A stretch of 64,000 bases of DNA, taken from positions 93,930,001 to 93,994,000 of the forward strand of contig OZ241826.1 in assembly GCA_965202585.1 (NCBI GenBank), in the 5' to 3' direction. Below the pieces are notes generated by a model. It did not search any database, was not told the DNA's origin, and worked only from the letters and a program-made list of their open reading frames with translations. Positions 41,082-54,754 of this stretch are shown piece after piece; position 1 is the stretch's first letter, and each line of letters begins with the position of its first letter. The translations under genes were made by a program, and so were the position numbers. This DNA is from Thalia democratica (taxonomy: Eukaryota).

Positions 41082-43232
41082 TTTGAAATTTTAGCTAAAA
41101 AATGTACTAATTTTAGAATTTGAATACAAAGTAGTTATAAAAAAGAAAGGTATAAATTTAAAAGGAGTTTAATTTTTTTTACAAACTAACTTAGGTATTT
41201 CAAGGTTAAATTAAATGACTTTTTTAAACAATATACAGTTTAGGCTTTAGTCTTTTCAAAAACACATAAAGCTACTCTATGAAGGTACTTATACTTTATC
41301 AATTAATCAGAGTTTAATATAATCATCGATTAGCAATCAGGCTCAAGACTATTAACAAAAAATTTTTTTTTAAAAATAATGTTAATTTTTTTTTTATCTA
41401 TAGTAATTGTAAGTAATAAGTATTAACAAAAAACAAGGTAAAAATATTAATAAAAAGTAGTAAAACCGTCACATGGTCTAAAATCGAAATCATAATTTTA
41501 TTTTTTTCTTTTAATTTGGTATGCTTCTAACATTTAGTCGTATTTATATTTTATAATTTTACTCTGTTGTGTTTGTTAAATGGTTTAGATAAAAAAAAAT
41601 AAAATGTAGTTTTATTAAATGCATATAAGAAACAAATTGTTTTATTGAAATTAGTACAATAAAATTTGTTGCTTGTAACTTTATTTTATAAATATAGTAT
41701 ATTAATTTGATTAAATTAAGTTTGATTGTAATGTGTAGCTGCTTTTTATGATAAGGTCTACTAACAATAACTTTAAAGACTTGAATTAGTTCGTTTAATT
41801 ATTATATAAAAGAGAAATTTACGCTAGGTATGGTTTTTTAGGTGCATTTTTAACTTAATTGTTGTGTTTAGATTTAATTTCAAATTTAATTTTATTTTGA
41901 ATAACTTTTGTTTAATAATTCAAAGTATGTGAAATGAAGAACAAAATAAAAATTGATTACTAGATTTCTAACGTTTCCTTTACAAACTAGTTGTAAAAAA
42001 AGGTACTTTTGTTTTTAATTTTAGCCTGACTGCAAGAAGCTAATAATAATAAGCTGCTATTTACAAAATAAATATAACGCCCCTTAATAAAATGAATTTG
42101 TCAATGAGTTAATTATAACTTATAATATTTTTAATATCTTACTTTAAAATAGAATATTACCACTAATAAATTTTAACTAGGATTTTACTATAACTCTCTA
42201 GAAAATAATTAACTCTCTTATTTTTTTTGTGTGGCTAGTTGTACATATATAAAAACTATAATTACTTATTGAAATATAAAACATGATTAATTTAATTTGT
42301 TTTATTTTTGTTTTACTTTGTCTTTCATCTTTGTTTGAAAGATAAAGAAAAAACTTAATCTTAGTTTAAACTGCAAATAATATTAGTATGTTTTTATACT
42401 TTTAAAAATTATATTAGATTTAACTTAAAGATTAGAAAAATTATATTGTAGATGAAAATGTACGAAAGCTTATAATAGATTAATCATTTTTAATGTTTAA
42501 TCCTGATTGCTACCAGTTAGTTATAAAATACTTCAATTAATCAATTATAAATTACGTTGTTTAAGCTTAAGTCTTTAAAAATTAAATTAGATGATGTACA
42601 AAAGAATCTAAAGCTCTAATTTCAAAAGTCATACGAATAAATACTGAAATAAAAAAATTGTAATAAAATTTACCAACTAATTTTTTTTAGTTTTATTTGT
42701 TTTCAGACTTTGATAAAAATATTTCTAGGTTTTTTAAGAATAGAAAATCTTATTATTTCGCAAGATGTTAAAATGCAGAAGTAAGATTTTTATATGTACT
42801 CCTCTTTGTAAGAAATGAACCCTTAAAGTTTTATTTTTTAATATTTTCTTTTTAAAGATACTCATAATAATAAGTTTTGTTATGTAATGTAAAAAAATTA
42901 TACAAAGAATTATTTTAAATTATAGTTAATGATTCGAGATAAAAGTGTTTTTTATTTAATAAAGTTTAAGTTTTGTTGATTTACTTTTAGTGTAAAACAA
43001 TTTAATCGAAAAATGACAATCAATTTTGTTTGGACTTTTACGTTATACATTTATAAAGACAATCGCAGTTTTACGATTTATGTAACATATTTTGTTAAAT
43101 GGGAAAAATTTAGTATTAACTTATCTAACTGTGTAGTTAACTAACCTTTTGTTAAATACTAAACGTTTAAAAAAAATTATTTTAACAAATTGCATCTATT
43201 GAAAGATAAATATGTTTAAGCATGAAATAAAA

Positions 43233-43918
43233 ATGTTTCAGTTTGATAGAAGTGGATTAAAGTCACTTGCTAAAATGTGTCATAAAAATATTTTTTATGA
43301 GAATGCAATAAGCTACATAAGCTACATGAAAGAGGTCATAGAAAAGAGAACACCTCTTAACTTTGAAAAAAGAAATATGTTTTTTGAAAGTTATGGGAAG
43401 CTTACAAAACCGTATGTTAATTCATTTTTTTCCAGTGATGACTCGATCGTAGATGAAAAACTACGGATATAATTAAACCAGTAAGCAAAATCAAAAATAT
43501 CAGGTTTTGTTATGAAGCTATACAATTGTTAGACAGTGACTGTGTTAAAAGTGATACTGATGATGAAGCTATTGCTGATTACAAACGTTTTAAAGCATGT
43601 TTACATTTTGAAAAAGCTGATGTTTCATCAGGAACAGAAAGAAAAATTGAAATTTGTGAAGCATTGAAGCTGAATGAGGAAGCATATATTATTGCAAATA
43701 AAAGTCTTAATCCAGCACATCCAGTTGCGCTAAAGATTGCAGTAAATATATCTTCATTTCGCTACAATTTAAATGAACCCGGTAATGCTCATTCCATTGT
43801 TACAAAAGCCCACAAAGAAGGTTTGTCAAACCTATCTGCGTTACGTGAGGAGTTGAAAAACAGTGCTGAAAAGTATTTGGATGCTAGAGAAGGAAATCTT
43901 CGATTGTGCATAATTTAG
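43233..43918 (+). pseudogene. 14-3-3-like pseudogene (paralog of 40428-41081)
   Basis: MFQFDRSGLKSLAKMC...PLNFEKRNM...KLRI*LNQ*AKSK, then a frameshift to FCYEAIQLL...LNPAHPVALKIAVN...EGNLRLC*. It has two in-frame stops, one frameshift and a 9-bp duplication (ataagctac x2, 43308-43325). Confidence 0.85.
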
Positions 43919-44684
43919 TTCTGGTGCATAATATTGAAATTTAGTTTATGTTTAATTCTATGCTTTTAATGACTTATAGGTTATGTTTAACACTTTTTTG
44001 GTTTGAACAATATAGTAAGAAAAAAATAATAACAGTAAGAAACTTTTTACTTTGATGCTTTGTTTAAACTAAACTATAGATAAACACTTGTACAATCTAC
44101 AATATTTTCATACGTGCTTTCTAATTTGTATAATTTAGTTACAAATGTTGATATATCTCAGTTTCTCAGTTAAAGTTTTGTAGTTTTTCGTAATAAACTT
44201 GGTAATAAAGCATGTGCTTCTAATATCTTTTATAAACAATCTTACATTAATTATGCTTTCTTTCCGGTGTTCTAGCTTTATAAATTTATCTATGGTATCT
44301 ATGCTTTTCTGTAGATAACCAATGAATAAAATTAAGTTGTTATTTATTGTGACAAACATGTTATACTAACATCTACTTATAGATATTTCCAAGGTTTTAC
44401 CTTTTGTAAAACTTAGAGTGTTAAACTAAATGGTAGATGGTAACTTAACGTTAATTCATTATATTACTGTCTTTGCTTGGTATTTTATTTTAAATTTTCA
44501 AAGAATGGTTTCATATTTTGTGACTTTGACAAGTAAATAACGGATGTTTCAAAAAAGTAGTTATTAAATGATTTTGTTTTTTAACTTTATGGTTAATTAA
44601 TTAATTTTACTGTATTTTTTTTCATACGAATTAGAAACGTCTAAGCCTGGGGTCGGCAAACTGCGATATAAAATTAAACTTTAT

Positions 44685-44834
44685 TATTTAAACGATAATA
44701 TGTTTTCAATTGTTTGTAAAGGACGTAACATGTATCATTTAAGTGTTTTAGAGTCTATATTTATTAAAACTAATAAGCCAAGTTTATGCAAACAAAAATT
44801 TGTTTATAACTCTAATTTGTTTAAATTATTGTAA
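44685..44834 (+). mobile_element. Penelope-like element 3' fragment (C-terminus of GIY-YIG endonuclease)
   Basis: YLNDNMFSIVCKGRNMYHLSVLESIFIKTNKPSLCKQKFVYNSNLFKLL* matches the PLE C-terminal pattern F.Il.......L.ilEs..I....P.Ln. Confidence 0.75.
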
Positions 44835-47749
44835 ATTCGCAACTAAGTTTTGTTTTTGTTGTTTAATTTTATTTTAAGAAAGTTTAAATAAGTCGGTTTT
44901 CTCTTATTAAAATTGCTATTAATACTTTCAATTTCTAGTACTTAAGCTTTATACTTTAAATTTTGTTAAACCACTTTATATTAGCATCGCTTAGTACATG
45001 TAATTTTATTTACCTATTATGACGCATAATCTTACAATTTTATTAATTTTATTATTTTAGAAAAATCTATTTAGTTATCTACAAAAACTATTGAAAAGGG
45101 TAGATTGAAAAATTTTTAGTTAACAAAAATAAAATATACTGCAAAATAAATTGTTGTCTCAAATTTTTATATAAAGTTAGTACCGAAAAGAAATTATTTA
45201 AAAAGAATTTAAGTTTTAAAAACGTAAGCCTTGTGAAGAAATCAGAAATTTAATAGTTTTAAGTAAATTTGTTTGTCATAAAATTTTTTTTTGACATCGG
45301 ATTTTCTCAATTTAAAGATATAACAATGTTTACTTGATATAAATAAAAACCCTTTACGTTGTCTCACGCTACTTGACATATATTTTATCGTGAAAAATAT
45401 GTTTTAATTTGTTTTGAAGCTCTAAATGTGCTAATATTTTAATTTTTTGCTTACCAAAATAAAAAAATCATTTGTTGCTTGTCCACCCTAAAATTCTTTG
45501 TAAACAAACGTTTGCTTACAAAAAACAGTAACATACTATTATAATGCAAATTTTATTTTTAGGTTGAATATATGCTTAACCCCACGCAACGCTTCTGGTA
45601 AAAACTATATGTCAAAGATCTATTTTTTATATTTGTTGTAAAACCAACTTGGTTGTAAATTTTTATAGTCGACTTTTTTTTTGCAATAGTTTGCTACTTA
45701 ATAATCGATAGCTACACCAAGCTATTTGTATACAATTTAGATGTTTTCAATTTGTTTAATGTTTACGACACTTGCTAGAAAGTACCATAAAAATAAAATT
45801 ATTTCCCAGGAATGCAAAACTAAGTATAAACGAATACTTGAAGCTAAAGAAACGAGGTCTTAAAAGCTGAATAATCGAGAGAAAAGCGAGTTTTTTAAAT
45901 GTTTACGTTTTTGTAGATTTGCAGTACCCAAGCTACGTGCCAAAAGTTAAGTACCCAGGCTACGTGCCTGCTTTGTAATGAAGTTACTAAATAGTAATTG
46001 CTTTAGACCTGTAGTTAAGCAGTAGATAAATTAGCACATAGATGTTACATATTGCTTTTTAGTTTCTTATCAGCTGTTTTTCTTTTAGTTCTAAAATGAT
46101 GACTACTTAATACTACATTAAAAAAAGTGAGGTTTATCTAAGAAATTGACGTAAAAAAATGTGTTAAAGTATGTTTAAGTTTTTGAATTTAAGTTTGAAA
46201 CTAAAATATTGTAGCTATCAAAAGTTACGTACTCATAAATGGTAACTCGTATGAATTTCTAAAAACTATGTCTAATTTTGTATTTAGGGGATATGCTATG
46301 AAGCTGATATACCTTAATAGTTTAATGATAAGTACATTTTATGAATAGAACAAAAAATACTCAATTGAAAACATATTTAATACATTCATTTGAATTAATT
46401 AATTTAACTTTAATTCGATTAAATATTAAAGCTTTTATAATTGAGAAACTTACAATATTATTTTTTTTTTCTACAGATTGAGTATAAATTGTTTTTAAAC
46501 TTTAGTTTTACTAGGATTATTATGATTTTGTTTTTTTGTACAAAATATTGTAATAGGAACCTAAATTTAAACTTTAAAATGATTTCGATTAATTAAAAAC
46601 TAAAAACAGTTATAATTAGAATGTGGTAATTTGCTATAACATAGATTATGTTACTGTAAAAGATAAAAACAAAAGTGTCTGCGTTTTTTTATACCACATG
46701 TTCAACTTTTGCAAATTTTTTTTAAAAATACTGTTACAACTATTTAGAAAACTATTAGTAAATTATTACTGTCTTGTTTGTACTTTTGTAAATTACCTTA
46801 AGTTTTGTCATCTTGCAAATAACAATCAAAAGAGTTTGTTGTATAAATGAAAGTTAGTTTTTCATAGAAATTTTGTGTCACCGTTATTAAATAGATGCTA
46901 ATTTTTCTATTCAATAAATATATTTTTGGCAAGTGTATAAGCTCCATTATAAAAATATTTTTTTAATTTTATTACAACAAACTTTAAACTGTATTTTAGT
47001 TTTAGATGCAGGTGTATTTTACATTATCGTTCATCTAACAGTTAACTACATTTAATAGGTTTTGTACTAAAATTTCATCAACATTTTGAATTTTATATTT
47101 GTTCTAAAATAATTAAAGTGTTTTATCTTAAGTAGTTTTTTAAATACAAAGTTTAGATCTAATATTTTATAATTGACGAGTTAAAATGTGCTTTCTTATT
47201 TCCTACGAAAATTTTCTTAACTTTAGGTAGTTGGTTAGATAATTAATTACAAATATTATAATAGAAATCTACTATTCAGTAAAGATGAAATTATAATTTA
47301 AATTGTTTTTAGTACTAATAACAAAATTAATTTACTATAAAAATAAATAGCAGTAAAAAACGTAGCACACTAGATGACTTGAATGAGTATCATAATACTT
47401 GAAATATATAAATACTGTTTTATTTCAATTATTTACAGTTTTATAATTGTTGAAGTAGTTTTTATTCTATTTAAAATAAATAAAATTAAGATATTTGTTG
47501 TATTTAATACATTTTTTAACAACAAAACTTGAAAAAATATAAAAAATTAAGTTGGAATAAACTTAAAATTTAAACTTATTGATGATTAATATAGTTCAAA
47601 CAACTGTAAAGCAACTAATATTTTTAAGTTTTACTTTGAGTTTACTAATTATTTCGTAGTTTAACTGTTAAAAGTTCGATCCCAATTAAAATAAGTAAGC
47701 ATTTTATATTTAAATACTTTTACTTCAGTAAAAGTGACATGAATTTTAG

Positions 47750-48177
47750 ATCAGCTTAGTTACTCAATCGAACAATTTTATTCTAATGTATCAGCTATTC
47801 CACATAGTTTTGACATGGATTACCAATTTAGAGGTTTGCTCGACATTCAACCGATTGAAGGTAGAAATGGCTGTACGATAACCAGGTTGGTCAACCGTAA
47901 AAATTTCAACTAGGCTTTAATTGATTCAACAGTGTATGGATTTTGTTTGGCAAGTTTTATAAAAATGTTTGTTACCTCTAGTTGTCAGACCTCATACAAT
48001 GATATGAAACGTTACATTGAAAATGGAAGAATCAGTTGTTTTTATACGGTATTAGGTGAAAATCATTTGATTCCTGATGCACTATTGAATGGATCTGTTG
48101 CTGCTTTCAGACAGTTTATCAAGAATGCTGATCCAAGTTCAAATATAGTTCGAATTTTCGTAAGGATTGATTACTAA
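47750..48177 (+). pseudogene. Exon-like coding segment of unknown product, about 140 codons, with a single in-frame TAG (47911-47913)
   Basis: One frame reads DQLSYSIEQFYSN...RLVNRKNFN*ALIDSTVYGFCL...IFVRIDY*. It is preceded by the acceptor-like ttttag (47748-47749) and is clearly less AT-skewed than its flanks. Confidence 0.5.
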
Positions 48178-48384
48178 ACGTTAGCTGGTATTTTTTATAA
48201 CGTTATTATTTACTACTATTTTTGATCGTTACGTTTTGTAATAAAATGTTTGCGTTTTAAAACTAATAAATAACTTATCTATATATCAATAGTGTTTTGT
48301 TGTTGTTGGAATTATCTTTAGACTAGTTATTAAACAAAATATATACATAGTCATAGTTATAAAATGAAGTACGTTTACTTATAT

Positions 48385-49898
48385 CAGGGGTCTGAAAACT
48401 GCGGCCCTCGAAGTGTATACCTGTGGCCCGCGAGCATGTTTTTTATTTAAATGGAGTGCGGCCCGCGAGTACTTAAGTGTGGCCCTCGAGCATGTAAATT
48501 TGGCCCGCTAAACAAAACAATATTTTAAATTGATGTTTTCAAAAAAAAATACAGTATTTTTAAAAGTTTTGTTTCTAACTTCATTGATATCATTTAAAAC
48601 TAAAAACCATTTATCAACTTCACTTCTTAAGCTTAAATATGGGAAAAAATTCATACAGAAGTCTATTTCTATTTTAAGTTTAGATTTTTCTTTTACTTTT
48701 AAACAACAACTTCTTGAAGTGTTTACAAAAGCTCACGTACTAGGATTTGAGTGTTTTTAAGATTCAGTAAGATGACAATGCAATAAGTAATTTTATTTTG
48801 TTTAAAGGTTTTTATGTTCACAAACACTGTGCAAACATAACAGTGCTTAACTAACTGTCAACATTTTTATCATTTAGGTTTTTGGTTTGACATGAGATTA
48901 TAAAAATGCTTCTTTCATAATTGTTTTATCACTATATTGAAATTTGCAAAGAAACATAAAAAAAATCAAAAACTATTTATTTAAACTAAAATATTTCTTA
49001 ATTTGGAAATTATTTTGTTGAAATGGCAAAGTTTTTCAATCTTGGTTTTTTTTTACATATTTTAACTAACTGGTTTGATGTAATTAATTGTAATTTTTTT
49101 GTTTCAAAAACTTTAAACCATGAAAACTTTAAATAGATTATTAAAGTATTTATGGGCCTTAAAAGAAAAACTTGCGCTGTTTAAAATGAAAATGATAATA
49201 TATATTTTGTTTGTACTTAAGTTAACTTAACAAAAAAACTAAAACTTTAAGTATGTGATGTGCAGTGTATTGATTATATAAAGATTATATTCAACAATTT
49301 AAAATAAAATAGTAACTAAATAAACATAAGTTGATTATATAAAAAGTGTACAAAGTGATCAATATCTGTTTTTTAAGCTAATTTTTTTTCAGATGTCAGT
49401 AAGAGTTGCTTGTAAATGACTAGGTGAAATGGCTATCTACAAAATGCAAAAGACTGGAAGAAAGAGAAAAAAACAACACTTATTTATTCCGAACTAGAAG
49501 AGGAAATGGATATCAGTTTTTATTAATTTTTTTATTTCATCACTGTATTTGTAAGTCGATCTTTCATTGTTGTGTAAATATATTTCAAACACAAAACGTC
49601 TAAAAGATTGCTTATTTAATTGTTAAAGAGTTAAGTGAAAATTAAAAGAACAAAACGGTTGTTTTAATAAACTAATTTTATAAATAATGATAGAAATAAC
49701 ATTGGGACATAGTATTTTATCAAGTATAAACTTTAGACTCTAAAATGAAAAATACATTTCAAGTAGGTCCCCTATAAGTAGCTAAATGTGACTAAAATCG
49801 ATTATAAATAAAAACTGACAGAAACTAAAACTGCGGCCCGCGGAACATTTTGAAACTTGAAATTTGGCCCGCAGTAACCAATTGCCTGCCGACTCCTG
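48385..49898. mobile_element. hAT-superfamily non-autonomous element, 1514 bp, 8-bp TSD
   Basis: Ends CAGGGGTCTG... and ...CCGACTCCTG, with repeated subterminal GGCCC(G/T)CG motifs. An identical ACTTATAT lies on both sides (48377-48384 and 49899-49906). Confidence 0.85.
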
Positions 49899-52800
49899 AC
49901 TTATATAATAGTTACAATTGGCTTCTATCTTTAGTATAAGTATTCCCTGGATCGCAGTAAACAGCATTTTTAAAACAACAACAAAAATTAATGGTGATGT
50001 TTATCAATTTCCATATTAACATTTAATTCTCACCACAACAACTATTTTTGGTAGTAATTTTCAAACAAATAAATGGTCACTTGCGGGCCACATTTAGTTT
50101 TTTCGCACCGATCTTGCCTGTGGGCAGCAGTTTAGCCATCCCAGTACCTAAGGGATTTAGATTGTGGAAACGCCAAGTTTATAAATCTTATTCATGTATC
50201 AAAGTGTAAAACATTTGGTCGGTAAAATATTAAGCACCAGTTTACACAATCATATTATGACTTGAACTTAATTTAGCTATGGAATGTTTTACGTAAGTAA
50301 TTGTTGCTATGATATTAAATTGCTGTGTTTGTGGTTTAAAAATCAGTTATTAGTTGTTCCACAAACTTTCGTAGTTAACTTGTTGTTAATTACTTGAACA
50401 GAAAATTATTAAATTTCAAATTTATAACTTACTCTTGTATTTATTGGTTTTGTGGCTTTAGAACCGCTTTGGTCATAGTGCCCAAATATGAAAAATTTGC
50501 TAGCTAACGTATTTGTTATCAAAAGCTCGATAGTATAGAAATATTGTTATAAAAATTAAATTTTGTGAAAAACTTTCAAGTCATTAAGCTTAACAACCTT
50601 ATGAAAAACAGTTAAATGACATTTTGATTTATTTCAGTTTGAAACAGCTTACAGTCTGCACCACACCAATTAAATATTTTAAAGATAAAGGATTAATTAG
50701 TGAGTTAAATTAAACAGTTCGTAAATATCATAAATATAATTTGAATTTAATACTTTCGTTTAGAGTAGTTATAAGCTATTTTATATCATTAAAAAAAAAT
50801 TACTATTTTTTTTGTTTACGAGGTCGTAAGCTTAACCAAATCTTCGATGTAATTAAACCCAAAAGCCACAAAATGAGGATAAAACATTATCTAATTTTTT
50901 GTCAACCTTACTAAAACGAACTGTGTAATGCAACAACAAGCCTACAACAATCCTTGTCTTGACTAAATAGAAATTATTTTAAACTCAAACTTTATTAAAT
51001 AGATTTTTTAGCTGTCATAATTTCAATTTAGTATATGACTTGTTCTAATAAGTGACTAAAATTAAACTTTGAGGTAATTAAGACTAAACTAAAACTAAAA
51101 ACATTTATAACCAGTCTTTTATATTTTTGTGTAACATAGGTAGTGTTAGTGTAAAAAATTAAACCAAAAGTAATATTTTTCATCAGGTGTTAAACTTTTG
51201 CTAATAAAATTTAAATTTATTGTTATAACTATTTGGAAACTGTAACTTGCTAATAACTGTCTAGGTTACCTCATGTTTTTTATCTTGAAAATACTAACTA
51301 ACTAAATTTTTGTACTTAAAATGTTAACAAGTTCCATTCCCAGAATTATTGTTTTACTATAATTGTTATTTGTACTTAATAACTGAAAAAAAAAAGGATA
51401 ATTTATTTTTTTATTATTTAAAATGTTTTATGTAAACTAATCAAGAAAAAACAATTAACGAAACATTTATAATATTATTTTTAAGAAACAACATTTAATT
51501 AGTATAAAGTTACTTTAGTAAAACTACTCTAACAAATGCATAAAAAACGACATAATATTTAGATTTTAATGTTTTTTAGAGTTAAATAGTGTTTTGTTTT
51601 AGCTGCAAAAAACAATTTATTAATAAAATGAAAAAATTACAAAAACTCAGAGAGTAATTATTGTCGGCGGTTTAAAATAATAACAAATTACATTTAAGCT
51701 TCCAAATAAAAATTCGTTAGTTTTTTTTCTTTCTTTGTTTTAAAACTTTTTAAAGTCAATTTTTAAAACACATATACAGTTATAAAATGTATGATTAAAA
51801 CAAAAGCTAAATTTAACATACAAAATATTTTATGATTAAGTTGTAAAAAAATACATTAAAACTAAAAAAATATTTAAAAACAACTTGATAAAGTTTTATC
51901 AAAGATAAACATATTAAACATAGTTGTTTATTTTCATAGTTACGGAAAAATAAGGTTTTTAACTTGATAAAAAAAAAGGTTTTGTTTTACAAATAAAACT
52001 TGAAAATATTTCAATTAAAGCTTTGATTTCAAAATACAAATTTAGTGCTTGTATAAACTTAAAATAAGCTTTACAAAAAGTCATGATGAGTTATACTAAT
52101 ATTGACATAAACTCTTAATTTTAACTTTTTTCTACTTACAGATTGTACTATATTGTTTATCTAATTGATAGTTACCTGTATAATACAAACACTGACTGTC
52201 GAAATATTTTAAAATTTTACATATCTGTTGTATTATAGTTCGTATAGTTCTCTAACTTATGTATATCTAACATATGCGAGATTAAAAAAAAAAGTACATT
52301 ACTGTACCTTCAAAATTTTGAAAGTAGGTTCTACTATAAACTGAAACGTTTATTTAACGTCAAAAAAATCTCTATACATTCTAATAATTAAATTTTATTT
52401 TGTGTGTAAAACTCTCATGACGTCATTAAGCGTGGCAGAGTGCAGTTATGATTAAAATGCATAATACGATAAATTTTGATTCTTCATTTTGTTTTTAAGT
52501 AAACTTTTGTTAAAATAACTTATAATAGATAAAAGTTTAAACAATTAAAATAAGAAAAACACTTACAATTGTAGATTTTAATTTAAAAATGTACTCATTT
52601 CTACAAATTTTCTTTTAAATTACATTCTACTTGATTGCAGACAAAAATTTAAAAGTACTTCAAGCAATTATAACTAGTGTAAATTAAAAATTTTGCTGAT
52701 TTAGTTTTCGAAATTTTAATATCTTTTTTTATATTGCAACTGAGATAAAGACAAAAAAGTCAAAAAAATCATTAACATAACTTAAGGAAAATTTGAGTAT

Positions 52801-54666
52801 TAAATTGTACATTACAAATATTATAATATTGTTACTGTGAACTTTAAACGTATAAAGTTTTAAGATAATAACAAAAATTTACATATTACAAACATTTACT
52901 TTTTATTTTAGTTATGAGTATTCAAGTAAAACTAAGTAGAATAATTTATACTTTATAATATTAAACTAAGTAAAGAGTTTGGTTAATAGTAAATTAGGGT
53001 TTTATATGAAATAATTTGAAAGTGAAAAAAATTAATAAATTTAAACAATAAATATTTGAAACAGAAAGCTGCTATGTATAAATATAAATGTTATAATTAG
53101 TTTCTATAAGTTGAACTTTTTGGTTTACCAAAGAAAAAAGTTGCTCACACCTGTAAAGAAGAAACTTTCTGTCAATTAGTTCAGTGTCGACAACTAACAA
53201 ATCTTAACTTCAATTAATTTAAACCAAAAAATATTTAATTAGTTTAAAAATCAGGCAGTATAAATATAAGTCGGTAAAAAAACACTAATAATGTTCTAGT
53301 CTTTATGTTCCTAAACCCTTCTAGTATAAAAGTCGGCAGAAATTTATAGTTTAGAGTGGTCCGCAGTTCTTTAAAATAATTCTAACTAACTAATTAAAAC
53401 TAATTTTTTAATCATACATGGAAAATTTCTTAGTAAAAAGTTATCACGAGTAGATCTACAATATAAAGCTTGGCGGGAGTTGCAGTTGTTTGAAACAATT
53501 TTAGGAACTTTGAAATTCTAATTAGTTCAAGTTTGCAATAAAAAAGTGCACTAGTGATTAAACCAGGTAGATATGGAAATGAGTAGTGAGTTTTTTTTTT
53601 ATAATTAGAATAAATATGTTCTTAGCCGAAAAAAATTTACGGGACCAAATTTGCCGACCTGTTTGAATAGGTTTTTTTTTGTGATTTTTTTAAATGTTGT
53701 TTAAATATAAAGAATTATGTAACTCCTTAACTGTTATATCTTGTAAATGTTTGCACAGTGGTGATTTATGCAAATTTACGACTTATTTTATCAAAAGCTA
53801 TCCAGTTAATTACAAAAAAATTTACCTAAAGAAAAAATCGGGTTTGAATTATATTTACAAACATTTTGATGACTATTGTAACTATTAAATGATAATACAT
53901 TATTTCTATCAAATTAGCAAAGTAATTCTACTTTTCTCATAATGGTTTTACGCTTAAATACGAAGGGCCTTCATTCCTAGCACAATAGTTTAACTTTCAA
54001 AACTGTACACATTAGTTTTTATAAAAATGTATTTTTTGTTAATAAGTGGAAAAGTTTTTTTAAGTACCTTAATGCAGTGAGAACAACAACAATTTTCACA
54101 ACAGTACTCTTGGGCTAAATAAATAACTTTATTTTGAGATACATGTTTTTTCTCGGGTTTCTAAGTCAAGAAATAAAAAATTAACCAGATAACATATATT
54201 TCATTAAAACGTAATTAAAAAATTAAACAAAAAAAATTATTAACACTTTCGTCAAAAACAAAAAGAAGTTTATGATCTCCAAGATAACTAAATACATATA
54301 GTTTTTAGTAATTTTGACATATCTTAAAAAACATTTAATATTTTGCAAAAAGAAAAAACAGTATATATAAAATATATATATTTTTTATTTTTTTCAAACT
54401 TGTATTACTTATTGAGATATAGTCTTTTAATTATTTTTTTAACAAACTGATTTGTCGAAATTTTAGTTGTCCGAATTAGAATTTGTAACCGTAACCACTA
54501 AAAACCTAGAACTGTCAATATCGAGTTTTTAGCAAATTTCCCTCTAATTTAACAAATTTTAACTAGTTTGCCTATTTTTTATAGTTAAATTCAAATATGC
54601 ATCAAATGAGTCATTTTTTATTTAAATCGTAATAAAACTTCCGGCTGTATATACGACTATTTAGTA

Positions 54667-54754
54667 TTTTGTGTTCATAAAAAAATCCACAATACTTGCA
54701 CAAAGTAACTTATTTCTTTTGTGCAAGTATTGTGGTATATTTATAAACACAAAA
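54667..54754. repeat. 88-nt inverted repeat / hairpin
   Basis: Perfect 18-bp stem ccacaatacttgcacaaa (54687-54704) / tttgtgcaagtattgtgg (54718-54735), a 13-nt loop, and an outer 14/15-bp stem. Confidence 0.85.

Noticed and set aside
53325-53665. Possible small hAT-like MITE (gtcggcagaaattt / aaatttgccgac)
   Set aside because: The inverted match is short and gapped, and no TSD was found.
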